Made by a program: the position numbers and the translations under genes
Source: Verrucomicrobiales bacterium
GTDB taxonomy: Bacteria > Verrucomicrobiota > Verrucomicrobiia > Verrucomicrobiales > V1-33
NCBI GenBank assembly: GCA_031411295.1
Contig: JANOAV010000087.1
Location: 114,362-178,361, forward strand
Direction of reading: 5' to 3'
Length of the DNA stretch: 64,000 nt
The notes under the pieces: model-generated
Seen by the model: the letters and a program-made list of their open reading frames with translations, nothing else
Told to the model about the DNA's origin: nothing
The model's database searches: none
Shown here: positions 19,891-30,400 of the stretch, piece by piece
Numbering within the stretch: the stretch's first letter is position 1
Layout of the letters: the number at the start of each line of letters is the position of its first letter

Positions 19891-20574
19891 ATGAAGACGC
19901 CCACTGCTCATGCCCCCGTCGGTGAAAACGAAGTTTCCGCCGAGGATCTAGTGATGCTCAAAGCCTACGAGGACACTCGCAAGAGCCTCATCGAGCGCTT
20001 GGGGAATTGGGAGGATCAGAAATCCTGGGATGAATTCTACAAACGTTACTGGAAGCTAATCTACAGCGTCGCCCTCAAAAGTGGCCTGCGCAGTGAGGAA
20101 GCCTTGGATGCCGTCCAAGAGACGATCCTAGTGATCGCCAAACAACAGAAAGAGCACCGCTATGACCCTAAGATGGGGAGCTTCAAGAGTTGGTTGATGA
20201 ACCAAACCCGGTGGCGCATTGCGGACCAGTTCCGGAAGCGAGCCAAGGACACCGCCATGTTCAAGCCAGAGTCCGACGACAGCCGCAACACCGATACCTT
20301 GGATCGCTATGCGGATGAAAGCGGCAACAAACTGGAATCCGTCTGGGATCGGGAGTGGGCCAAATCGCTGACCGACCGGGCGCTGGCCGCAGTGAAAATG
20401 AAGGTCACACCGAAACAGTTCCAGATCTTCGACTGCTACGTGGTCAAGGACTGGAGCGTGCTCCAAGTCAGCCGGGAACTGGGCGTCAGCATGGCGCAAG
20501 TTTACCTGGCGAAGCACCGGGTGGGGGCCTTGGTCAAAAAGGAGCTTCAGGCCATCGAGAAAGAATTATACTAG
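19891..20574 (+). CDS. ECF-type RNA polymerase sigma-70 factor
   Basis: SWDEFYKRYWKLIYSVA...DAVQET...GSFKSWL, region 4 VSRELGVSMAQVYLAKHRV. Confidence 0.92.
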   Translation: MKTPTAHAPVGENEVSAEDLVMLKAYEDTRKSLIERLGNWEDQKSWDEFYKRYWKLIYSVALKSGLRSEEALDAVQETILVIAKQQKEHRYDPKMGSFKSWLMNQTRWRIADQFRKRAKDTAMFKPESDDSRNTDTLDRYADESGNKLESVWDREWAKSLTDRALAAVKMKVTPKQFQIFDCYVVKDWSVLQVSRELGVSMAQVYLAKHRVGALVKKELQAIEKELY

Positions 20575-20752
20575 TCACGATTCATTTTGCGTCAGTAATG
20601 GCGGCTATTGTTTAACAGTGATTGCGAATGGCCACCAAATGGTGGGGTTCCTCAACCATTACCTGCGCCAAAGCCAATCGCCAAGCCAACAGTCGGCTTC
20701 TCCGTTAAGTTTTCCTAAACGGATAGGATCCCTTTGGCATTAGATTTTCGAT

Positions 20753-21190
20753 TTATCCCCATGGATTGTGGGACCGTGGCTTGGCATCGTCGTAGGTGCC
20801 AACGACGGAGGGCCGACGGAGGATCACGAGGGTAAAAATGCCGAGGATGGTGCCCAGTGGTAGGTTGAGGCAATTGAACCAAGCGACGATCAGAGAAAGG
20901 AGTCTGCGCTTGGTGACGGCAGAAAGAACATTGGCAAGTGCAGAGGCGACAAACCAACTTAGCAGCATGGTGTAGAGTAATTCCTCCGGAATGGGATCGG
21001 GGTGCAATGGCTTGGGTCGGATCTCCGCAGGTCCAGAAATCCAGGGTCGCAGAATCATGAGACCGGACATCGTTGCGAACGCGGCCCCGGCAAAGTGAAA
21101 TCCTGCTAGGAGGCGCAGTTGTTCCCGACCCCGCTGGCACGCTGGACTGAGTGCGTGGGCTGGGAGCGGTGGGGGGACGGATGGTGACAT
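20753..21190 (-). CDS. Hypothetical membrane protein
   Basis: Several hydrophobic segments and the C-terminal motif NCLNLPLGTILGIFTLVILRRPSV. Start uncertain. Confidence 0.6.
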   Translation of the reverse strand: MSPSVPPPLPAHALSPACQRGREQLRLLAGFHFAGAAFATMSGLMILRPWISGPAEIRPKPLHPDPIPEELLYTMLLSWFVASALANVLSAVTKRRLLSLIVAWFNCLNLPLGTILGIFTLVILRRPSVVGTYDDAKPRSHNPWG

Positions 21191-21485
21191 AAGCATTGGC
21201 TGCGGCACTTGAACCCGGACTCGGGCTGGGCACCATGACAAGGAAGTCATGATGGGAGCACTGAACGCGGGAAAATGGAGATTGCCAAGAAGTTTCAATT
21301 TTGTCACTCTGGATGGGAAATACCTGCGCAATCTCCTCGATCCCCCAGCCACCCCAGCTGGATTCGGACGGGGGCTCTGCGGATGGTGTCTATCTGTTCG
21401 TTTCACTCAGTTGGGATTCCGCAAGGATCCTCAATTTGCGCGCAACTCCTCCGCCCCCGTGTTCCATCGCAGTCTCAAAATCCCC

Positions 21486-24400
21486 ATGAACTACTCCCCC
21501 TGCTCTTTTCTCGCTGCTTGTGCAGTGAGCGGTCTCCTCATTTCTATCTCCCTAGCCGTCCCCGTGGCGGTGGATGATGCCTATAACGCGACGGAGGATA
21601 GGCAACTTCAGGCGGTCGGTGCTTCCACGGTTTATCTAGATGCGCCATTCGAAACCGGGACCAATCTGGCAACGGGAAATTGGGACTATTTGCAGGTGCC
21701 GAATCATCTGGCTACCGTGCCGGGCAATGGCAGCTATCCGGTGGACGGGGACACGGCGGGCTGGAAAGATGCAGCCTTCAATAAGGCGATTTCAAATATT
21801 CCAGGCTGGGCGCAATCGCCCATGCCGATTCAGGGGGGAGGGGTGGATGGGCTGCCTGGGGCGGCGGTGGTCTTGGATGTTCCCGCCATGACCAGTGGAG
21901 CTGGCGGTCAGTATATTTATACGACCTACTTGTTCCGCAAAGCGATCACGCTGAATGCGGCCCAGGTGGCAGCTGGGCTGACGGCATCGGTGATCTGTGA
22001 TGATGGCATGGTGCTCTACACCAATGGGACGGAGTCTGGGCGGGTGAATATGGCTGCGGGCAGTTTCATCAATCCAGCGGGGGCTCCGGCTGGGTTGTCC
22101 ACGCTGACGGCCACTGCCAGTGGCAATGAAACCGCAACCAACACGATTGCGATTCCAACGAGTCAATTGGTGGTCGGGGTGAATCAAATCGCGATCGAAT
22201 TGCACCAGACAGCTACGAGCGCGACTACATTTACCAGTTCCGATGCGGGTATTGGCGTTTCCATAGCGACGACGGGAGGGGATCCGCAGAGTGGGTTTAC
22301 GGGAGTAAATGACGCCTTCTTCGGCACGGTGGCGAACACTGACTTCAATACGGGACGTTCCTTTGCCTACCAAACAGCGGGCGGTGTGGGCGGCACTGGT
22401 GGGGTGGAAGTGTTGGTTGGAGGTAATTTTGTCTTTAACGGCAGAGGCAATGCCGGACCGCGGTCTGCTGGTTGGCGACGGACGTTCACCGTCACAGAAA
22501 CGGGAATGGTAGAGTTGAAATTTAGCCAGCGGATGCTCTTCGGGAAAGATTATGATCCCGGAGAATGGTCCGAAGTGATCGCAGACATTGATGGAACCCA
22601 ATACGGCACGATTACGGCCCCGGGAACGCACAAGTCCGTAGCATTCAAAGAGGGTGACGGCAATGGAGGGAACAATTTCGACTCTGGATTCCTTCCGATC
22701 ACGCTGCAAATGACGCTCACCGCTGGGACGCACACGCTGACATTGGGAGCCTACAACAATACGAGCCAAGGCGGCGGAGGCGGGACCAATGAATCCACCG
22801 AGGTCTGGTTCGATAATGTGACGATCAAGACCTTGGGCGCTGCGCCTGGTGTCCTGGCAAATGATACCGGTAGTCCCACGTCTGCTACGCTGGTGACCGG
22901 GCCGGCCCACGGTTCGGTGGTGTTGGCTGCGAATGGAACTTTCACTTACACACCTGCCTTGAACTACAACGGCACGGATACTTTTACTTATACTGCCAAT
23001 GATGCCGGGGGTTCTTCTGCTCCAGCGACGGTCACAATTACGATTGCTCCGGTCAATGATCCTCCCGTTGGCTCGCCAGACACACTGACGGTGGACGAGG
23101 ACGGAAGCGTGCCATTTACCAGTGCCATGCTGCTTGCCAATGACACGGATGTAGAGGGCAACACCCTTTCGATCAGCTCGGGGACAAATGTAGCGCATGG
23201 CACCATCACGACTTTAGCGCCGAATTCCTTTTCCTATGCGCCTGCGCCAAATTACTTCGGAACAGACACGTTCACTTATATCGCTACTGACGGCACTGCC
23301 AACTCCGCGCCCATTACAGTGACCATCACCGTGGTCCCGAAACCGGATGCTCCGGTGGCGAGCGGTGAAACTTACACTGTGCCCTATAACGGATCCTTGA
23401 CGATTTCTGACATTAACGGTTCCTCCGTGAATGAGCAATTGATCCTGGGCACGGAGCGGGCTGCCAATGGCCTCGATATTGTGAATGCGGGGTCCGTGTG
23501 GAAATATTTCTCCACGGCGGCGGCGCCAGCGGACACGGTGGCGGTGCCGTGGACGTCCCTGGCCTTTGATGATTCAGCTTGGGGCGAGGGGCCTTCGGAG
23601 TTAGGCTATGGCGATGCCCCCGCCACTGCGGAAAACCGCCCCGAGGCCACGCTGATCCCAGATGACGACATAACTGGATACGCAGGTGGCAGTGTCCCGC
23701 GCTATACCACCTCCTATTTTAGAAAGACGCTGAACATCCCGAACGTTTCCGAGATTACAGCACTCAACCTCCAAGTCCTGCGGGATGACGGCATCGTCTT
23801 GTATATCAACAAAACTCCGGCGTTTCGCAGCAACCTTACTGCCAATCCCACTTACAGCACTCTCGCGGGTGTCAGCACGAGCCCTGCCAATGAGGCAACG
23901 TTTCTGGATGCCTCGGTGCTCGGAACCTCTGGTGAGAGCGTCAACCTCATCAACGTCGCGCCCGCGCCATCCTTATTGGTGGAAGGTAATAACATTTTTG
24001 CGGCTGAAGTGCATAATTCCAGCTCCACTTCCACAGACCTTAGCTTCGATGTGAAATTCTCCATCACCCGCTTCACCAACCGTGGTTTGCTGCAAAATGA
24101 TACCGATGCTGATGGCGATGCCCTCACCGCAATCCTTGTCACCAACGCGGCCCATGGCAACGTGACCGTGAACCCGAATGGTTCGTTTACCTACACCCCC
24201 ACACCTGGTTATCTGGGCCCTGATTCCTTTACCTATAAAGCCAACGATGGTTCGTTGGACTCCAACGTGGCCACCGTGAATCTGACGGTGGCCAATGTTG
24301 CCAACACAAAGCCAACGGCCGTGGCCAATGCTTACAACGCCACCGAGGATACCACGCTCACGATTCCGGCCGCTACGGGCGTGCTCATTAATGACACGGA

Positions 24401-27400
24401 CCCGGACAACGATGTCCTTACCGCTTTTCTAGTCACTAATGTCACCAAAGGCACGCTGGCGCTCAGCCCGGACGGCAGCTTCGTTTACACTCCCAACGCC
24501 AACTACAGCGGCACAGATACATTCACTTACAAATGTCAGGACACGGCACTGAATTTCTCGGCCAACAATGCCACCGTGACCATCACCATTGCGCCCGTCA
24601 ATGATGCTCCGGTGGCGGTGGCGAACGCTTATAACCCGATTCCTGGTCAGACTTTAAACATTGCCGCGCCCGGGGTTCTCAGCAACGACACGGACATCGA
24701 TACGGTGGCGGCAAATCTTACCGCCGTGCTGGTCACGCCTCCTTCGAGCGGATCGCTGACGTTGAATCCGAACGGTAGCTTCAGCTATACCCCAGCCACC
24801 AACGGCACCTTTTCCTTCACCTACAAGGCCAATGATGGATCGTTGGATTCCAACGAGGCGACGGTAACCTTGAATGTAAATGGCTTGCCGGTGACAGGCC
24901 CGGATTCCTACAGTTTGTCGGAGGACACGGTGCTCAACATTTCCGCCCCCGGCCTGCTCAGCAACGACAGTGATCCCGAGGGCTCTGCCATCACGGCGGT
25001 GAAATTAACTAATCCTGCCCATGGCAGTGTCGTCGTGAACCCAAATGGCAGCTTCACCTATACTCCGGTGGCCAATTACGCTGGCGCTGATTCCTTCACC
25101 TATGCCGCCAACGATGGCACGGTGAACTCGCTTCCTGCCACGGTAAACCTCACGATCACCAATCTCCCAGACGCTCCCGTGGCGGCAAATGACCTTTACC
25201 CTACGGGCTTGGACACGCTTCTGACCATCACAGCTCCCGGGGTCTTGGGAAATGATGTGGACCCGGATGCGGGCACTGTGCTGACGGCCACGAAGTTGAC
25301 GGATCCGACTCATGGGGTGCTTAGTTTCAATGCGGATGGTGCCTTCACCTATCAACCCACCACGGGTTACATCGGCACGGATTCGTTTACCTACTCCGTG
25401 AGCGATGGTGGGCTCACTTCCAATACCGCCACGGTCAACATCGATATCTCTGGCAGCGGCAAGGTGATTTCCATTTCGGAATTCATGTTCAGCCCGCCAG
25501 GCGGCACCGTGAATGACGAATACATTGAGATCGTGAATACGGCAGGCTATTCCGTGAATCTCTCCGGGTGGAAATTCGATTCTGGCATTGATTTCACTTT
25601 CCCTGCTGGCACCAGCCTGGCGGGCGGGGCGTATCTGGTGATTCCGGCCAATCCTACCACCTTCCAGACGAAATATCCGAGCGTCACGAACTACCTCAGC
25701 GTCGGCTGGAGCACCACCACTAGCTTGAGCAATCGCCTCGATACGATTCGTCTGAGCGATAAGACCGGCAACACTATCAGCAAAGTGGACTATGCGAAGG
25801 AGGGCGACTGGTCCACCCGCCAGGCGGAAACGGTGGGTTCCAACACCGGTTGGAAATGGATTGCCGGAGCGGACACGACTGGTCAATCCTATCAGGTGCG
25901 CAATCCCAAGCTCAACGTGAACAATGGTCAGAACTGGATTTCGGCCGCGCCAAGTCCAGGGGTGGTCAATCCCGCAAACTCCAGCAACCTCGCCCCACTG
26001 ATCTTCAACGTGAAACATCATCCGGAAGTGCCCAAGGCCTCGCAGCAAGTCACGGTTAGCTGCACCGTGGAAGATGAAGCCGCGACTGGTATCACCGTGA
26101 AATGTTTCTATCGTGCCCTGCTCGCGACGAATCCCCAGCCAGCGTTTACCAGTATTGACCTTTTCGATGACGGATTACACAAAGATACGCTGGCCAATGA
26201 CGGTAAATTTGCCGCCTCCCTGCCAATCCAAACCAATGGCACCGTGGTGGAATTCTATGTGCAAGCCAGCGATGGCACGCTGACCCGCAACTGGCCCGCT
26301 CCCGCCGTGAACACGGCTGGCACCGCTACGTTGGCCCAGGAAGCATCCCCGAATTGCCTCTATCAAGTCAATGAGGAAGCCTGGACCCAGCCGCAGCCGA
26401 TCTACCGGTTGGTCATGACGCCCGTCGAATCCGCAGCCTTTACTGCTACCTCTTATAACAAGTCCGAGACCAGCGATACGGACAAAAATATCAGTGTGGT
26501 GTTCACCACTGGGCAGGATGCCAATGTGCGGTATTCCTGTGGTATCCGTTATCGTGGGGCGGGGAGTCGGGGATCTGACTTCAGCTACAATCCCCACAAT
26601 TGGAAGCTCAGCATTCCCAACGCCACCCCATGGAATGGTCTGACGAGCTTCAATTTAAACTCCCTTTCTTCCTACGGCCTGGACTTGGGCGGACGGCTCC
26701 TCCAATGTGCCCAGTTGCCCGGGGAAGTGGCCACGCCCACTGCGGTGCGGCTGAATGGTGCAAACCGCATGGCTGCTGGCACCAACCCAGCACCTGGCAC
26801 CTACGCGGTTTACAACCTCTACACGCACCAAACCCCCATGGGCACGGAGTGGGCTAAATTTACCTTCCCAGCCAATCCTGGCGGAAATATCTACAAAAAA
26901 TCTGCCTTGGGCAACAATGGTTGGGTGGTCAGCACGAGCAATCCCGTTTCCACCAATTACCTTTCCGATGGCTGGATCAAGCAATCCAACACCGCAGAGA
27001 ATAATTGGTCAGATCTGCATACTTTCCTAACCACCGTTCATGCCAGTGCCAACACTAGCACCACCCCTTACACCATCAATTTGAACACCTTGGAAACAGT
27101 CGCCAACTTGGATCAGTGGGCTCGCTGGTTCGCCTTCACGGCCAGTATCAATCACCGTGAGACGAACATCAGCAACGGCATTGATGATGACTACAGCATG
27201 TATTTCGGCACCACCGACAAACGCGCTATCCTCCTGGCCCATGACTTCGATACCATCCTGGGTTCTATTGGTGATACTTCGACCACCGCCACGGATAGCA
27301 TTTGGCAGGCCTACGGTTATCTCTCGGATGCCCGGAGCTTTGAGAGCGCGGGCTTCCCATTCTGGACCGGGCTCTTTAATAACAATACCTTTGCCCGGAA

Positions 27401-30400
27401 ATATAAGGCGCAGTTGCGGGACCTGATGAATACGGTGTTCTCCCAGACTAGCTTCAACGCCATGGTGGATAATACGTGGGGCACGGATGGTTCCTGGGTG
27501 CCGACGACCAAGTCGAATACCATCAAGACATTCATGAACAATCGGCGGAACTATATTCTGAGCCAGTTGCCGAGCACGTTCTCGTTCACCAGCACCATTA
27601 CTCCCAGCGGCGGCGTTTACACCACGACGGATCCGAATGTCACTGGTCTGAGCGGGGCCATGGACGGGGCGCGCACTGCGAACATTCTCATTAATGGAGT
27701 TGCTGCAGCGCTGAACAATCACTCGGATACTTGGACGGCCACGGGTTCCGCCGTGGGCCTGAAGCCGGGCTACAACACGGTGCTCATCAGAGCGCTGGAT
27801 GATGCGGGAGCAGAAATCACCCGCCAGTCGCTGACGTATTTCTATGACGACGGAAGTGTGGCTAGCGTTTCCGGCAGTATCGCTGCAAACACCACGTGGA
27901 CCGCAGCGGGCGGACCATACAACGTTACGGCCACGGTCACAGTGGCCAACGGAGCCACGCTCACCATCGAGCCAGGCACTACCGTTTACATGGCGGCCAG
28001 CACCGGTCTCACCGTGGCGGCAGGCGGCACGCTGATTGCTCAAGGCACGGAGATCGCACCGATCCGCTTCATGCAACAAACTGGCGTCACCACCAAGTGG
28101 ACGCAAATTTTAGTCAATGGAAACGCTGGCTCTCCGCAGACGAAATTGTCCTATTTGGATATTCAAAACAACGGCAGCATTGCCATCCACACCAGCGGGG
28201 CCGATGTTAGTATCGATCACATCACCTTCGGTAATACTGCGGTGGCTTACATCTCGCTGGACAGCAGTTCATTTACCGTGGCCAACTGTATTTTCCCGAC
28301 GCCAACGGTAGGTTTCGAACCGGTGCATGGCACTGGCGGGATCCGTGCCGGTGGTCAGGGGGTCATTCGCGATTGCTGGTTTGGCGCCCCGATCGGTTAC
28401 AACGACGTGGTGGACTTCACGGGCGGCAATCGTCCCGGACCAATCATTCGTTTCTACAACAACGTCTTCACAGGTTCGCAAGACGACATCCTGGACTTGG
28501 ACGGCACGGATGCCTGGGTGGAAGGGAATCTCTTCATGCATTGCCATCGCAATGGAAGCTCGCCAGACAGCTCCAGCGCTGTTTCTGGCGGAAATGATTC
28601 CGGCAATACCAGCGAAGTGACCGTGATCCGCAATTTGATGTATGACTGCGATGACGCGGTCACGATGAAGCAGGGCAATTCCGCGGTGGTGCTGAACAAT
28701 ACCATCGTTCACACCACCAAGGTGGGCGGCATCGATACTGCCTCTGCGGCCGAAAATGACGGTGGCACCGGAGTGGTGAATTTGGCTGACGTGGGCATCG
28801 CCAGCGGCAACGGCTTCATTGTGGAAAACAACATCATCTGGGACGCGGAATTCCTCACGCGGAACTACCATGTCGCCACGCCGAACGTGCGTTTCAGCAA
28901 CAACATCCTGCCCACTGCTTGGAGCGGCCTTCGGAGCGGAAACATCGTCACAGATCCGCTGCTGAACCTCAGCCTCATTACCACACCCGGCACTGCGACA
29001 GAGGCCCAAGTGCGCGCGGCCCTCACCCCGCAAAGCTGCTCGTCAGCGCTGGGCCGCGGCCTCTACGGCACGGACCTTGGAGCCACGGCCCCCACGGGCA
29101 TCGTTGTCAGCCGACTCTTCGCAGATCGCACTAGCGATACCAGTGCCACCTTCACGGTCGGGCCGGTCGGAAACTTTACCTACGGCACCCCTAACTGGTC
29201 CTACGGTTACACCGCCTATCGTTATCGCCTGGATGGCGGCACCTTGAATGCAGAAACGCCCACCACGACCCCAATCACCCTAACCGGGCTTTCCAACGGC
29301 ACGCACACCTTGAGCGTCGAAGGGAAACAGGATACTGGCCTCTGGCAGGATGCCGCACCCACCGTTTACACCTTCACCGTCAACACCGCCCAACCAACCG
29401 TCGTGCTCTCCGAAGTGCTGGCGGATAACGTTACCGCCTACACGCTCGGAACTACCATGCCGGACTACGTTGAACTCTATAACTACGGCACCGGTGTCAT
29501 TTCCCTCGCTGGCTACGGGCTGACAGACGATGTCACCAAGCCGCTGAAATACGTCTTCCCAGCTGGCACCAGCATTCCTGCTGGAGGCTATTTGCTCGTG
29601 ATTTGCGACAGCCTGGCACCAGTGGGCGGTGAGTTGCATACTGGCTTCAGTTTGAACTCTGGTGGTGAAACCGTCGCCCTCTTTGCCCCGGGAGCAGTCG
29701 TCGGAGCTACTCCAGTGGATAGCGTGGCCTTCGGTCCCCAGTTGCCTAATAAATCCATTGGGCGCACCGCCCCGCTCTATGCATGGAATCTCGGCACGCC
29801 CAGTCCGAACGCTGCCAATCTTGCTGACTGTGATATCGGCAGCCCCATCGGCCTGCGGATCAACGAATGGTTGACTACCAATGACATTACCGTGGCGCAC
29901 GATTTCATCGAACTCTACAACCCCACCAGCAAGATCGTCTCCGTGGCCGGCCTTTACCTGACCGATGACATTCTGAATTTTGCTGCGCTGAAAGCCCAAG
30001 GAGACAAGCATGTGCAAGCGCTGCCACCGCTCAGCTTCATTGCCGCCAATGGTTTTGTTCACCTCTGGACCGACAGCAGCCCCGAAGGTGGTGATCACCT
30101 AAACTTCAAGCTCGACGCCTTCCACAACGGCCTCGGTCTGGCGGACGCCACGGGCAAAATCCTGGACTGTGTCGTGACCTATCCCAACAGCTCCGACCTT
30201 TCTATTGGTCGCAGCCCGGATGGAGCCGAGAACTATGCAATATTCTCCATCCCGACCCCAGGCTACTCGAACACCACCCCGCTAACCACTGAAACCGCTA
30301 TCTTCAATTACCTGCGGATCACGGAAATCATGTTTGCACCGCAGTCCGGTAAAGCAGAGTTTATCGAGTTCCAAAACACCGGCGGGACCGCAATCACCAT

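Noticed and set aside
22840..25445. Repetitive DNA that might be an array
   Set aside because: The repeats are degenerate protein-level Ig (tandem-95) units, not CRISPR or nucleotide tandem repeats.
21792..30098. Long antisense ORFs (468, 347, 359, 254, 272 aa) in the giant gene
   Set aside because: Shadow frames with no recognisable domains.
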